A DNA stretch of 64,000 nucleotides from a virus (IMGVR_UViG_3300043607_000039:1-64000), one strand, 5' to 3'; counted from the first letter of the stretch, positions 52,016-62,230 are shown. A program made the numbers and translations. The notes: a model not told the origin generated them from the letters alone.

Positions 52016-52534
52016 TTACGGGGTGGGCTCGGGCTCCGGCTCCGGGGCGGGCTCATCGGGGGTGACCTCGGTGACCTCGCCGGCCACGACCTCAAGCCGC
52101 TCGGCGTCGCCGGCCACGACAACCAGAAGCAGGTCGCCAGAAGCGGTCAGCGGGCCGGTGCCCTCGACGTGGACGGTGGCCGAACCGAGCACGCCCACGG
52201 CCGCCGCCGAAGCGGTGCCATCGCCGTTGTCGGTCAGGTTGATGATCGACGGGTCGTCGACCGTGTAGACCACAACCTCACCCGCAGGCAGCGGGACCGG
52301 GTTGCCTACCTCATCTGCGGCCGCGACTGATAACGCGACCTTCTTGTCTGCCTGGAGGTCCACGAGGACATCCGCCTTTCTTGGTGGTTTGTGAGCTGGG
52401 GCTGGTCCCGCAACTCGGTCTGACTCATCCGTGTCGAGCGCCGGGCCAATATGCCAAAGCAAACGGCGCGACTCTGGGCATGGTTTGGGACAACAGCAAC
52501 CGTCAACGGTTACCTGAACGGTAATGCTCAACAA
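52016..52534 (-). CDS. Ig-like domain protein
   Basis: D..GNPV, DDPSI..L..NGDGTA..G.ATV; AGGAGG RBS. Confidence 0.55.
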   Translation of the reverse strand: MLSITVQVTVDGCCCPKPCPESRRLLWHIGPALDTDESDRVAGPAPAHKPPRKADVLVDLQADKKVALSVAAADEVGNPVPLPAGEVVVYTVDDPSIINLTDNGDGTASAAAVGVLGSATVHVEGTGPLTASGDLLLVVVAGDAERLEVVAGEVTEVTPDEPAPEPEPEPTP

Positions 52535-52588
52535 AGCCTCCTAGAAAGAGGCGGACGATCCTATGTTCTCATACCCGACTGCCTGGAT

Positions 52589-55500
52589 CTAGAAACCATA
52601 GTTGTACGATCCGGCGTCCTGCCATAGAGACTGAAGCGTAGAAGAAAGGGCATCCCGCGGCGACGAAATGCGAACCTCTTTCTTTTCACCATCCATCAGG
52701 AAGCGGCAGGCGTGAACTAAGGCGTCAAGTCTGTCTGGTGAATCCCTGGTGCCCCAGCCAACGAACGTGGACATCTGGTCTTCCAGCTCCTGTTGATGAC
52801 CCAGGATGTGAAGTCGGCCCTGTTCACAGCGCATGGCAACAGGCTCACCGCGGGTGCGCTTTCCGATTTTGGTATCGATGCCCACGATGGGCGGCTTGGT
52901 ATGTGCGGGGAATAGGCCCTGCCCGACCAGTTCGAAGTAAGCGTCGTGGAAGACCTGAGACATCCACTTTTTACCGAGGTTGACTTCGCAGACGAGCTTG
53001 TCGGCCCCGAACTCGGCCACCACCCGCCAGGCCTCCAGCGCGGCGGCCCGACCCACGGACATGATCGAGCGGTCGGCTAGGACGTACATGTGCTTCTGGC
53101 GGTCCCGGCCGACAACGACAATGCCCATCTCGTCGTCCTCGCCGGTGAGCGAGGGGTCGACCCCCACGACCGTGGCCACCAGATCGTCGGGGACGTCCAG
53201 GATCCGGTTGTTCTCGATGTCCAGACGGGAGAACAGGGCGCCCTCGAACGCCTCGATGATCTCGCCGTACAGCTCCTGGCGGCCGACCATCGTGCCTTCG
53301 TACCGTCGTCGAAGCTCTTCGATCACCAGGGACGAGAGGTTCGAGGCGTTCTCGAACGTGGAGCCCCGCATCAGGTGGACGGTGCCGTCGCCACGGCGCA
53401 CCCATTCCTGGAGAATGTCCACCGGCTTCGGCGTGGTGGTCACGAACGCCCGGGGGTGGTCGCCGGCCAGGTCGGCCCGGAGGGAGGGCATGATGCCTTC
53501 CTCCCACGACTTCTTCGGGAACTTCCATTTGCAGTTGTGGACCAGGATGCGACCGCTGCCGGCAAAAAACTCCGGATCATCGCCTTCGACGGTGATGTCG
53601 TAGACGTTGATTGTCTCTGGCATCCGCCGGATGCCAGAGATCCGCACCGGGTGATGTGGCGCTAGCCCACGGCCCAACATGTCTTCGGGTGCTCCGTACT
53701 TCGCGGTCCAAACGACGTCGTTGACGTGAAGCTCGGACACCTTCCGCCAGCCTTCGTCGGTCCACACCCGGTGGTCCGGCGTCAGCCTCACGGTTGCGGT
53801 GCCGCCAGTAGAGATTTCCCAGACCTCAGCGTCTGGCTGCGTGAGGCGAGACATGATGACCCTGGCGTAGCCGTTACGTGTCAGTACCTCGTCTCCGACT
53901 CGTACGTCTTGAACCGGTGTCCCCAAACGGGGACCACTCCGCGTGAGAATCGGCTCGTTCTTGGCGATACAGATCTCATCGAGCCACGCGCCCGATGAGT
54001 TATAACCACGACCAACGTCCGGGTCATCCGCACCTTCGGTATAGATCTTCGTGCCCGAAGGGAACAGCACCATGGGGCGTGGGCTCATCTTGTAGCGGTG
54101 TCGAATCTTGCGACGGTTCAGTACCTGGAGAATCCCAGCCGGCCCCTCCATGCAAATCGTCCGGCCGTCGGAAAGCGTCTCCGCGATAACCAGCCACTCG
54201 GTCGGGACACCGCGACTGTCGTAGGGGTGCTTAATCGTCTGGGAGACGATCCATTCGCTGCCACTGCGGGAGTTGTGGGTTGGGATCAGGCCCTCGCCGA
54301 CGAGGTACATGGAGTTCGGGGAGTCCACCGTGATGCAGCGCATCGGGGTCGGGTCAATTCGCTCGGCCCCGATGATCATGCGGTGCTGGGTCCGAAGCCC
54401 CTGGCCATCCGGGGGTACGTAGGTGGCCATCTTGCGGGGGGATGTGAACGGGTTGAACGTGGGGCGCCAGGAGACTCGGTACTTGGCCCCCTTGTCGACG
54501 CCGTAGAGCTGGGCCCGTCCCACATGCATGTAGGGGCGCTGGCCAAGCGAGCGGGCCAGGTGCATGACACCGTCGGCCAGCTCTTTGGTGATCGAGCAGA
54601 ACTCCACCTTGGATGCTTCGCCGTAACCGTCGGAGTCCATGAGGCCAGCGAGAAGCGCCCTGCGCTGTTCCACCGACGCCCAGAGGTACTTCTGGGGAAC
54701 ATGCTTGTTGTCCAGAACGTCGATGTGACGCAACTGACTAACCAGGCCGCCGGGCGTTCCCGTGAACCACTGCCCGTCCCTAGGCCTGAGTAGGCAATCG
54801 AAGCCTGCATCAATGACGCACTCCACGACGTGGTCGATGTCGGCTAGGTGACCGGAAATAGTCCCGGCAGAAGTTGAGCCGTTGCCCAGCCAGTAGCCAA
54901 GTAGCCACGGATCCACCGTCAGGCGCACCTCCGGCAACTCAAGAGCGCCGGTCAGGGGAATCGAATGGTTCAGGTCACCACGGGCGTTGTATGTCAGCGT
55001 GTCTACGAGGTCCTGTGTGGTTCTGATTCGGGGGCCAGGGCCTTCTTGATCCCGGTACGGTGGGTTGCTCTTGTGCCGCTTCATGGGGCGCCATGTTGGC
55101 CAGTCCAGCGGGAACCTGGTCGTGTCGGATTCGTACTGGGAGCGGAGGTACGCCTTCCGATCTCTGTGTTCCCACGTCACCCATTGGTGCTCTGAGCATG
55201 TATCGATGTACAGGCCGTCGTTAAAGGTCAACCGGTAGGCGACCTCTGGGTCTTGGTCAAACGTCGCGGTGACCCGGCACGGCTTACCGGCTTCGTCGAA
55301 AACCCAGTCCCCGACCTCCAGATCACCGAGCTTCTTGAATCCGCCCCGGCCTGGCACGGGTCGACGGCGTTCATCGGTGCTACAGTTCGCAACTGGAATA
55401 GATGTAGATACGTCGATCGCCTTTCCCCAACCGCGGCCAGCCAATGCCAGGCACACGAACCAGTTACCGGGCGGCGGAATCTGCTCGGGACGGGCTACCC

Positions 55501-55615
55501 ACCACCAGTCGCCACGCATAATCTCGTCAATAACCCAGTCAGGTTGCTCGGCTAGCCACGCTCTCCTGTCAATTTCAGGAAGCGCAGCGACTCGGTCCTG
55601 GAGAGATAACGCCAT
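52589..55615 (-). CDS. terL: Terminase large subunit with two inteins
   Basis: GRGWGK|S Walker A, WLDE Walker B, TTTP, GVDP and SPDRLDA nuclease motifs. Confidence 0.95.
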   Translation of the reverse strand: MALSLQDRVAALPEIDRRAWLAEQPDWVIDEIMRGDWWWVARPEQIPPPGNWFVCLALAGRGWGKAIDVSTSIPVANCSTDERRRPVPGRGGFKKLGDLEVGDWVFDEAGKPCRVTATFDQDPEVAYRLTFNDGLYIDTCSEHQWVTWEHRDRKAYLRSQYESDTTRFPLDWPTWRPMKRHKSNPPYRDQEGPGPRIRTTQDLVDTLTYNARGDLNHSIPLTGALELPEVRLTVDPWLLGYWLGNGSTSAGTISGHLADIDHVVECVIDAGFDCLLRPRDGQWFTGTPGGLVSQLRHIDVLDNKHVPQKYLWASVEQRRALLAGLMDSDGYGEASKVEFCSITKELADGVMHLARSLGQRPYMHVGRAQLYGVDKGAKYRVSWRPTFNPFTSPRKMATYVPPDGQGLRTQHRMIIGAERIDPTPMRCITVDSPNSMYLVGEGLIPTHNSRSGSEWIVSQTIKHPYDSRGVPTEWLVIAETLSDGRTICMEGPAGILQVLNRRKIRHRYKMSPRPMVLFPSGTKIYTEGADDPDVGRGYNSSGAWLDEICIAKNEPILTRSGPRLGTPVQDVRVGDEVLTRNGYARVIMSRLTQPDAEVWEISTGGTATVRLTPDHRVWTDEGWRKVSELHVNDVVWTAKYGAPEDMLGRGLAPHHPVRISGIRRMPETINVYDITVEGDDPEFFAGSGRILVHNCKWKFPKKSWEEGIMPSLRADLAGDHPRAFVTTTPKPVDILQEWVRRGDGTVHLMRGSTFENASNLSSLVIEELRRRYEGTMVGRQELYGEIIEAFEGALFSRLDIENNRILDVPDDLVATVVGVDPSLTGEDDEMGIVVVGRDRQKHMYVLADRSIMSVGRAAALEAWRVVAEFGADKLVCEVNLGKKWMSQVFHDAYFELVGQGLFPAHTKPPIVGIDTKIGKRTRGEPVAMRCEQGRLHILGHQQELEDQMSTFVGWGTRDSPDRLDALVHACRFLMDGEKKEVRISSPRDALSSTLQSLWQDAGSYNYGF
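53534..53971 (-). mobile_element. Class 1 mini-intein next to the TerL Walker B
   Basis: CIAK... start, TPDH, VYDITV, LVHN|C. Confidence 0.9.
54272..55420 (-). mobile_element. Class 3-type intein with LAGLIDADG endonuclease in the TerL P-loop
   Basis: Ala1 start; EHQW, RCITV and PTHN|S (WCT triad); LLAGLMDSDG. Confidence 0.85.
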
Positions 55616-55655
55616 AGCAATGAATGCTAGATCAAACGCATGGGAAAATAGGGGT

Positions 55656-55820
55656 GTGGAACGTATTCCGGTCGACGAAATCCTGGCCTATTTGGAGGCC
55701 ACCCAGCCCGACCTGATGGACCCGGGTGAGGACCGGTGGGGTGGGGCCAACCTCTACGACCCCCGCCTGCTTCAAGATCCAGAAGTTGCTGGTCCCGAAA
55801 CTCTTGACACCCCCACGTAG
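55656..55820 (+). CDS. Small hypothetical protein divergent from terL
   Basis: GTG 6 nt after GAAAAT. Confidence 0.4.
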   Translation: MERIPVDEILAYLEATQPDLMDPGEDRWGGANLYDPRLLQDPEVAGPETLDTPT

Positions 55821-55834
55821 GGGTCAGGTACAGT
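55804..55834 (+). promoter_or_regulatory. Promoter with operator-like site in the spacer
   Basis: TTGACA-19-TACAGT containing ACCCCCACGTAGGGGT. Confidence 0.7.
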
Positions 55835-55840
55835 TGGTCT

Positions 55841-56430
55841 ACGCCCGGAGGAACGGTCAAGGCCGGGACGAGGAACTTGACAACTGAAGATGGCGACAGT
55901 GCTCTGAGGTGGCCCGCAGCAACGTGTCTGCTGGCCGAGAGGCCACTACACTGTCGTCTACGGACGGAGCAGCCACAAGGCCCCTCCCCAGGATCGCCAC
56001 TGAGGCGCCCGTCCTAGCCCACGTCGCCACGGGTTTTTCCTTTCTCCCCGTGACCGGCAGACCGACCGGACGGCTCCTCCTCCGGTGGGCGATGGAGGAG
56101 CAAGCTTCCCTCGGGGGGATGCGAAACAGGGCCACGGTGGAGAAACCCACCGGGGCCCTGCTTCGTGAAACGGTGCGTCGCAAGCATGGGGCGCTTCAAG
56201 CTCCCGATCACGGGAGAAAGGCGGGGACCTTGCCCGGGGTTAAGGCCCCCGCCTTCCTTGGGGGGTTGTTACTCTGCATGGACCACGGGCCGTTGGGGAC
56301 AGCGGCCTGTCGCGGAGGAACGGCCGTTCCTGCCTGGAAAAAGCGAATAAGGGTCCAAGGACCGCGCACTGGGATCCCCGGAGCACCGGAACCACTGTCC
56401 CCACCTCAACTACCTGGAGAGAGTCGAGGG
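55841..56430 (+). ncRNA. Long structured leader / candidate ncRNA
   Basis: Nested long-range stems and many hairpins; no convincing coding signal. Confidence 0.5.
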
Positions 56431-56439
56431 TTCACCATC

Positions 56440-56886
56440 GTGAGCATGTACAACATGGTTTTCGGCTCAGAAGGGCCTGCCAAGCGCGGACAAGTCCTCT
56501 TGGCCATGCTGGGTTTCACGAGCTTCACCAACGTCGGCCGGTACCGCGACGCCTGGGTGGAGACCTCGGAGGACGGCCCGATCATCGCCATCTACACCCG
56601 CAACGGCGGAGGCAACCGCGAGAGCTGCTGGCAGCCTGACGGCGCCTTCCAGAACTCGGTCGAATGTGACTGCCCGGCCTGTGTGGCCAACTACCGCATG
56701 CCCGCCCACCCGGGGTGGGCGATGGGCCGTGACGACGAGTTCGACTCCACGTATCGGACCGAGTACTTCCAGGCGCCCGCCGAGTACCTGGACCTGTTGG
56801 AGCCCGTGGCTGGCGATCCCGTCGACACTTCCCAGAGGTGGCACGAGGCCATCGCGAACCTGGACCCGGCCAATGCTAACCATTGA
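56440..56886 (+). CDS. Conserved phage hypothetical protein
   Basis: GRYRDAW..IYTRNGGGNRE..DDEFDSTY; start moved to GTG 56440. Confidence 0.7.
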   Translation: MSMYNMVFGSEGPAKRGQVLLAMLGFTSFTNVGRYRDAWVETSEDGPIIAIYTRNGGGNRESCWQPDGAFQNSVECDCPACVANYRMPAHPGWAMGRDDEFDSTYRTEYFQAPAEYLDLLEPVAGDPVDTSQRWHEAIANLDPANANH

Positions 56887-57487
56887 GGACAAGGCCTGGA
56901 TGGCAGGGGTCATTGACCTCAAGGGCCGAATGATCCGGAAGCGAAACCAAGATCGGCGCACCACGCAGACCCTGGTCTACGTGGAGAGCAAGCAGCACGA
57001 GGTCATCCGGGCGCTCAGCAAGCTCACAGGCACCAAGCCCGAGGCCAAGAAGCAGTCGACCCTGAGCGAGTTCATCAGGGTGCAGTGCAAGGAACACTGT
57101 CCCGACGCCCACATTCACGTCCGAGACGGCTGGTCCATGCCCACCACCACGCGGTGGACGATCACCGGCGGCCCGATGGTGGTCGTCATGCTCAGCTTGC
57201 TGCCTTACCTGCGGGTTGACCGCGGGTACCAGGAGGCGATCGACGCGATCATGGAGACTCAGTCGCTCGCCGGCCAGGGTGCGCATGCAATCTGGGCCAA
57301 CATCAAACGGCTCATGGATCTCGGGTGGACGCTGCCGGAGGTCTACCAGGAGCCGATGAAGGCCTGGACCGGGCTGGCTCAGGTTGGCGGCCGGCCGATG
57401 GTGGTGGCATCGGAGCCAGAACGGTTGCGTGACATCACGTTCCTGGATGACGATGAGATGATGGTCGTTGCTGCAAGGCCCCGGTAG
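56873..57487 (+). CDS. LAGLIDADG-like protein
   Basis: AWMAGVIDLKG; L.PYL motif. Confidence 0.6.
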   Translation: MLTIEDKAWMAGVIDLKGRMIRKRNQDRRTTQTLVYVESKQHEVIRALSKLTGTKPEAKKQSTLSEFIRVQCKEHCPDAHIHVRDGWSMPTTTRWTITGGPMVVVMLSLLPYLRVDRGYQEAIDAIMETQSLAGQGAHAIWANIKRLMDLGWTLPEVYQEPMKAWTGLAQVGGRPMVVASEPERLRDITFLDDDEMMVVAARPR

Positions 57488-57550
57488 CTCAGTGGATAGA
57501 GCGCCGTCCTCCTAAGACGGAAGTCACTGGTTCAAGTCCAGTTCGGGGCA
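57478..57550 (+). tRNA. tRNA-Arg(CCT)
   Basis: Loop CTCCTAA. Confidence 0.9.
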
Positions 57551-57853
57551 CGGTTGGACAAGCCGAAAAGCCTTCGGGCCGATCCCTTCGCGCCAGCCAC
57601 GTAGGTCGACGCTTCAAGGTTCTGACGACCTACGTTTCATAACTAAAACAAGAACCCCGGGCGTTTTAGCTGGTGGAGTTTCGGCCCTTAACTAAAGCTC
57701 CCCCCCACCCGGGAGCTACCCGTGGAGCGAGGCGACGGTATACGGACGCTGAGCGGTGATACGGGGCCCGGGTGGTTACAACAATCCACATTGGACGAAG
57801 GAGGTGCGTCATGACCTAGGTAGCCAGAAGTTCTGGCCTTCAGAGAGGTCGCC

Positions 57854-58264
57854 ATGTCCCGCACCGACAAGGACCGCCCGTGGTGGATCCGGTCCGAGTG
57901 GTATGAACCCGTTCACTACAACTGCATGTACTACCAGGGCTACCAGACATGTGACCGCAGCCGAGTGTGCGACCTGCCGCCCGAACCCGTGCGGGGGAAC
58001 TTTTCGTACCCTTCTGCCGGCCACCGGTACGGCCCACGCGCACAATGCATCTGGTACCCCATGTGGCCCCGCCGCGTTCGGTACAACTACACCCGTCCCC
58101 CAACCCGAGTGGATAAGCACCTCGGCTGGTGGGGACCGGATCGACGAGACGTCCGAGACCTGATGATCAAGGCTCGGAAGCAGTACCGCGGGTATCGAGA
58201 GGTGGAGATCCTTGAGCCCGTGAGGCATCACCGTCACGCCGGCAAAGCAGGCTGGTGGGACTGA
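57854..58264 (+). CDS. Arg/Trp-rich hypothetical (MSRTD family)
   Basis: GAGAGG RBS. Confidence 0.6.
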   Translation: MSRTDKDRPWWIRSEWYEPVHYNCMYYQGYQTCDRSRVCDLPPEPVRGNFSYPSAGHRYGPRAQCIWYPMWPRRVRYNYTRPPTRVDKHLGWWGPDRRDVRDLMIKARKQYRGYREVEILEPVRHHRHAGKAGWWD

Positions 58265-58297
58265 ACCAATCACCTGGAGAGAGTGAGAACGACCGTA

Positions 58298-59878
58298 ATG
58301 GCAAAGTTGGTCCCCGGAAATGGCCTCGTGATGGCCGACCCGGTACTCACCGGAGAACTACTGAACGACTTCATGGAGAGCGTGCAGGACCGCGCTCGCA
58401 AGGCGAAGGAGCCGACCCAGGAGGAGAAGCTCCGCGACGCGGTGACGGCCCTGCTGCACGCGCTCGGCGAGATGCGGGTCCAGGAGGACGCGCTCACGTT
58501 CGAGGGGGACAAGTTCATCTTCCCCGGCTCGTACGAGGGCAAGATCCCGGCCGTCATCGACTTCCTGCGCAACTACATGAAGCAGGAGGAGATGCGTTTC
58601 GACTTCAACAAGACGCTCCCCTACCGCCCGTACGACGGCGCCTACGCCTTCATGACCGTGATGCGCCAGCTGACCGGCACCACCGGCTTCGGCGTGAACC
58701 GGATGACCTTCTTCGGCCCCGAGCCGCCGGAGTTCATCTCCATCCCGATCAACGCGAAGGGCGACACGGCCCAGATCCCCTGGGGTCTGGTCGAGTTCCC
58801 GGCCTACGGCGCCAAGTTCGACGTCGGCGCGGTGCGGACTGACAGCGGCTACACGTTCCACCTGACGGTGAACGCGCCCCGCAAGCACCGCAAGGAGATC
58901 GAGGCGATCTTCAGCCTGATCGAGAAGCACCTCAAGGACAACTCGATCTACCGCGGTCAGGCCATCAACGGCCACGACATGCAGCCCGAGTTCATCGACC
59001 TGTCCCGGGTCGACCCGGAGAAGGTGGTCTACAGCCAGTCGGTCATGGACGACCTGCTGACCCACGTGTGGGCGCCGATCCGGTTCACGGAGCGGTACCG
59101 CAACCAGGGCATGCCGCTCAAGCGCGCGGTGCTGTTCGCTGGCCCCTTCGGTACCGGCAAGACCCTGGGCTGCTTGCTCACCGCGAAGGAGGCGGTCGAG
59201 CAGGGCTGGACCTTCATCATGTGCCGGACCGGCCAGGACAAGCCGGCCGACGTCATCAAGACGGCCGAGCTGTACGCCCCCGCGGTCGTGGTCATCGAGG
59301 ACCTCGACGTGCACGCGGGCTCGTCCACCAAGGTCGAGATTTCGCAGCTGCTGGAGATGCTCGACGGTGCGGTGAACAAGGGCAACGAGATCATCGGCCT
59401 GTTCACCACGAACCACATCGAGGACATCCAGAAGGGCGCGCTGCGTCCTGGCCGCATCGACGCGGTCATCGAGATCACCGACCTCGATGAGCCGGCTTTC
59501 CGTCGGCTGATCATCAACAACATCGGTGCGGACTGGTTGGCTGACGACGTGGACTACACGGCCGTCGCTGAGGCCATGCACGGGTTCCTGCCGGCCTTCG
59601 TGGCCCAGGCCGCTCAGCGGTCCCTGGGGTACATCATGGCCCGCAACAACGGCCAGCCCGGCGTGGTCGACACCGAGGCACTGGTGGGTGCGGCCCGTAC
59701 TCTGCGGCCTCAGCTGGAGCTGATGGACGGGGCGAAGGAGGGCGTCCGTCCGAACCTACTGGAGGACGCGATCCGTGACGTCGTGGACGGGTCGCTCAAG
59801 CGGACCCGACTCAACACCCACGACGACTACCGACTCCAGGTCGAGCCGCCCACGGTGCTCAACGGAGGCAAGAGCTAA
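58298..59878 (+). CDS. AAA+ ATPase
   Basis: GPFGTGKT, VVIED, TTN and RPGRID. Confidence 0.9.
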   Translation: MAKLVPGNGLVMADPVLTGELLNDFMESVQDRARKAKEPTQEEKLRDAVTALLHALGEMRVQEDALTFEGDKFIFPGSYEGKIPAVIDFLRNYMKQEEMRFDFNKTLPYRPYDGAYAFMTVMRQLTGTTGFGVNRMTFFGPEPPEFISIPINAKGDTAQIPWGLVEFPAYGAKFDVGAVRTDSGYTFHLTVNAPRKHRKEIEAIFSLIEKHLKDNSIYRGQAINGHDMQPEFIDLSRVDPEKVVYSQSVMDDLLTHVWAPIRFTERYRNQGMPLKRAVLFAGPFGTGKTLGCLLTAKEAVEQGWTFIMCRTGQDKPADVIKTAELYAPAVVVIEDLDVHAGSSTKVEISQLLEMLDGAVNKGNEIIGLFTTNHIEDIQKGALRPGRIDAVIEITDLDEPAFRRLIINNIGADWLADDVDYTAVAEAMHGFLPAFVAQAAQRSLGYIMARNNGQPGVVDTEALVGAARTLRPQLELMDGAKEGVRPNLLEDAIRDVVDGSLKRTRLNTHDDYRLQVEPPTVLNGGKS

Positions 59879-59897
59879 GCCTTACTCTCTCCACCCC

Positions 59898-59948
59898 GCC
59901 CCGGGGGTTCAGGTCTCTGCCATCGACCTGGGCCCCCGGGGCTTTTTT
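59898..59948 (+). terminator. Intrinsic terminator
   Basis: Long GC stem followed by a T-run. Confidence 0.75.
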
Positions 59949-60046
59949 GTGTCCAAAACGGACGACTTCACAGAAGAGCCTTGACTCACCCGTACGTCCC
60001 CCTGTAACTTCGGTGACGACGGAAATCTACGAAGTTGAGGTGGCCG

Positions 60047-61024
60047 ATGGGGAACGATGGCACGGGTGTCACTCGACCGATGAGGTACATCCTGAACGGA
60101 AACGCAGCCTCGATCCGAGTCGACGATCGAGGCATCAAGGATCTGGCTGACGACATCGAGGATCGCGGCCTCATCCTTCCCGTCCTGGTGGCGCCAGACA
60201 ACCTGATCCTCAGCGGCTGCCGCCGGGTCGCGGCGATGGACCTACTGGGCTGGACCCGGGTGCCGGTCGTCGTCACGGACGACTGGGAGCGAGTCGTCGA
60301 GCACTTCAAGAACGAGGTCAAGGTGGCCGCAGATTTGGGCCTGCCATCTGAGCCTCTTTACCTCCGAGAGTTCGACGAACTGGTAGACCGTCGACTGCGC
60401 CAAATCTTTGAGCCCGAGCGCCGTCGGCGGTTGGGTGTGGCCATCAGTCTCGCCCGGGCATCCAGGGGGAATGGCTTGAAGGCCGCGGATCGCAAGCACC
60501 CCAATCATCACCGAAACAGTTTCACGGACTCGGTGATAGAGATGCTGAACATGCCGGCGACTCAGGTCACGACCTCGCGAGAGATCATGGCCAAGGTCAA
60601 GCTGTGCAAGGAACGCAGTGCAGATTTGGGCCTGCGGGCCGAGGAAGCGTTGGACAAGGTTCAAAGGTACGGCGGCCGTCTCCACTCCCTCAAGCGAATG
60701 CTCGGCGACATGCTTGAGGGCCGAGAAAACGTCCAGTACCGGCTCTTGATCGATGGGCCTGCTGTCGTCCAGCCAGCACCCCAAAAGTCTCGGGAGCCAG
60801 ACCGACGTTTGGCCGAGGAGCAAGTGGCAGCGATAAACCGACTCCTCGACATGTACGAGGCTCTCGGGGACATGGTCCGCGAGATCGGAGACCTCAACGT
60901 AGCTGTTGATCCCGAGACGGTTGCCGCGCTCCAGAAGAGGTACGGCAACGCACAACGAAAGGTCGGAGTCCTTCGCTCCTACCTGAACAACGTCAACTCC
61001 AGGAGAGAGAGTAACGACGCATGA
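60047..61024 (+). CDS. ParB/Srx-domain protein
   Basis: LA.DI...GLI.PV.V....ILSG.RR..A...LG...VPV. Confidence 0.7.
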   Translation: MGNDGTGVTRPMRYILNGNAASIRVDDRGIKDLADDIEDRGLILPVLVAPDNLILSGCRRVAAMDLLGWTRVPVVVTDDWERVVEHFKNEVKVAADLGLPSEPLYLREFDELVDRRLRQIFEPERRRRLGVAISLARASRGNGLKAADRKHPNHHRNSFTDSVIEMLNMPATQVTTSREIMAKVKLCKERSADLGLRAEEALDKVQRYGGRLHSLKRMLGDMLEGRENVQYRLLIDGPAVVQPAPQKSREPDRRLAEEQVAAINRLLDMYEALGDMVREIGDLNVAVDPETVAALQKRYGNAQRKVGVLRSYLNNVNSRRESNDA

Positions 61025-61926
61025 ACGCAAAGTTCAGTTCGGCAGACACTGCGGATGCGACGGACGTGGCTGACGTGGCGACGGACGCCCCCGAAGCAAC
61101 GTTCGTGGCGGAGAACTCGCCCCGACACAAGGTCCGGCGGGGCACGATCAGCTGGGACGAGATCGTCGTGGATCCACGGGTCCAGCGGCCCCAGAACCGC
61201 CCCTTGATCAACAAGATCAAGCGGGAGTTCAACAAGGACGCCCTCAACACCATCGTGATCAGCGTCCGTCAGCCCGACCTCGACGACCGGGACCAGGACG
61301 AGCATGTGATCCTGGACGGTCAGCAGCGGACCACCGGCGCACACGAAGTGGGCTACGACGGCCCGTTCCACGCCGTCTTCCACTACGGCCTGAGTCTCCA
61401 GGACGAGGCGAAGCTGTTCCGCCTTCTCCAGGTCCGGGTGTCCGTCCCGGTCAAGGAGCAGTTCCGGGTCGCCCTCTACGAGGGCCGTCCCGACGCGACC
61501 GGCATCATGCAGGTCCTCAACGCCCTGGGCATCAAGCTCGACCCCAACGGTGGCTTCATCGCCGTGGGCGTGGCCCTGCGGATCGCGGCCCGGCCCGACG
61601 GCCTGACCAACTTCCACTGGGCGCTCAAGATCATCCAGGATGTGTACTCCGCGGACGACCCGTCGCCCTACGACGGCCGCCTCGTGGAGGCGCTGGCTCA
61701 GCTGCGGGCGCGGCACGGCAACGCCTTCAGCACCGAGCGGATCATGAAGAAGCTGCGGTCCTCCGGCAAGACGGTCGACGGCCTCATCGGTGACGCGAAG
61801 GTGCGTCGCTCGGTGAACAAGGGCACCTCGACCCAGAGCCTGGCCGACACCCTCGTCAAGGTCTTCAACGACGGGCTCCAGAAGAACGGGCCGAACACCC
61901 TGCCCTTCTGGAACGAGAAGCCGTAA
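61021..61926 (+). CDS. ParB-like (DUF6551) protein
   Basis: VDPRVQR..ILDGQQR..EA.LF. Confidence 0.7.
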   Translation: MNAKFSSADTADATDVADVATDAPEATFVAENSPRHKVRRGTISWDEIVVDPRVQRPQNRPLINKIKREFNKDALNTIVISVRQPDLDDRDQDEHVILDGQQRTTGAHEVGYDGPFHAVFHYGLSLQDEAKLFRLLQVRVSVPVKEQFRVALYEGRPDATGIMQVLNALGIKLDPNGGFIAVGVALRIAARPDGLTNFHWALKIIQDVYSADDPSPYDGRLVEALAQLRARHGNAFSTERIMKKLRSSGKTVDGLIGDAKVRRSVNKGTSTQSLADTLVKVFNDGLQKNGPNTLPFWNEKP

Positions 61927-62019
61927 GCTCAAGAGCACGTTGTACCGTCCTCTGGGGCAAGCCCTCGGTTGCGTAGCCCCGCAGCCGAGGGCTTGTTCTG
62001 TGTGTGGCAGAGTGTCCGG

Positions 62020-62208
62020 GTGATTACCGAAGCCTGGAGCAAGAGCAGTTACAGCAACAACAACGGGGCGTGCGTCGAGGTCCGTCGGGACGGGGCATCG
62101 GTCCTCGTCCGGGACACCAAGGACCGCGAGGGGGGCACCCTCACCTTCAACCGGCGCGAGTGGCTGGCCTTCGTCGCTGGCGCTAAGCAGGGTGACTTCG
62201 ACCTTTAA
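62020..62208 (+). CDS. DUF397 protein
   Basis: W.KSSYS...ACVEV..VRDTK..W..F. Confidence 0.9.
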   Translation: MITEAWSKSSYSNNNGACVEVRRDGASVLVRDTKDREGGTLTFNRREWLAFVAGAKQGDFDL

Positions 62209-62230
62209 CGATCTCCCCCGAACCTCCTGC

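Noticed and set aside
55909-56439. N-terminal 177 aa of the tracked 325-aa ORF
   Set aside because: No RBS or protein-like composition; the region is dominated by RNA stems and a better start lies at 56440.
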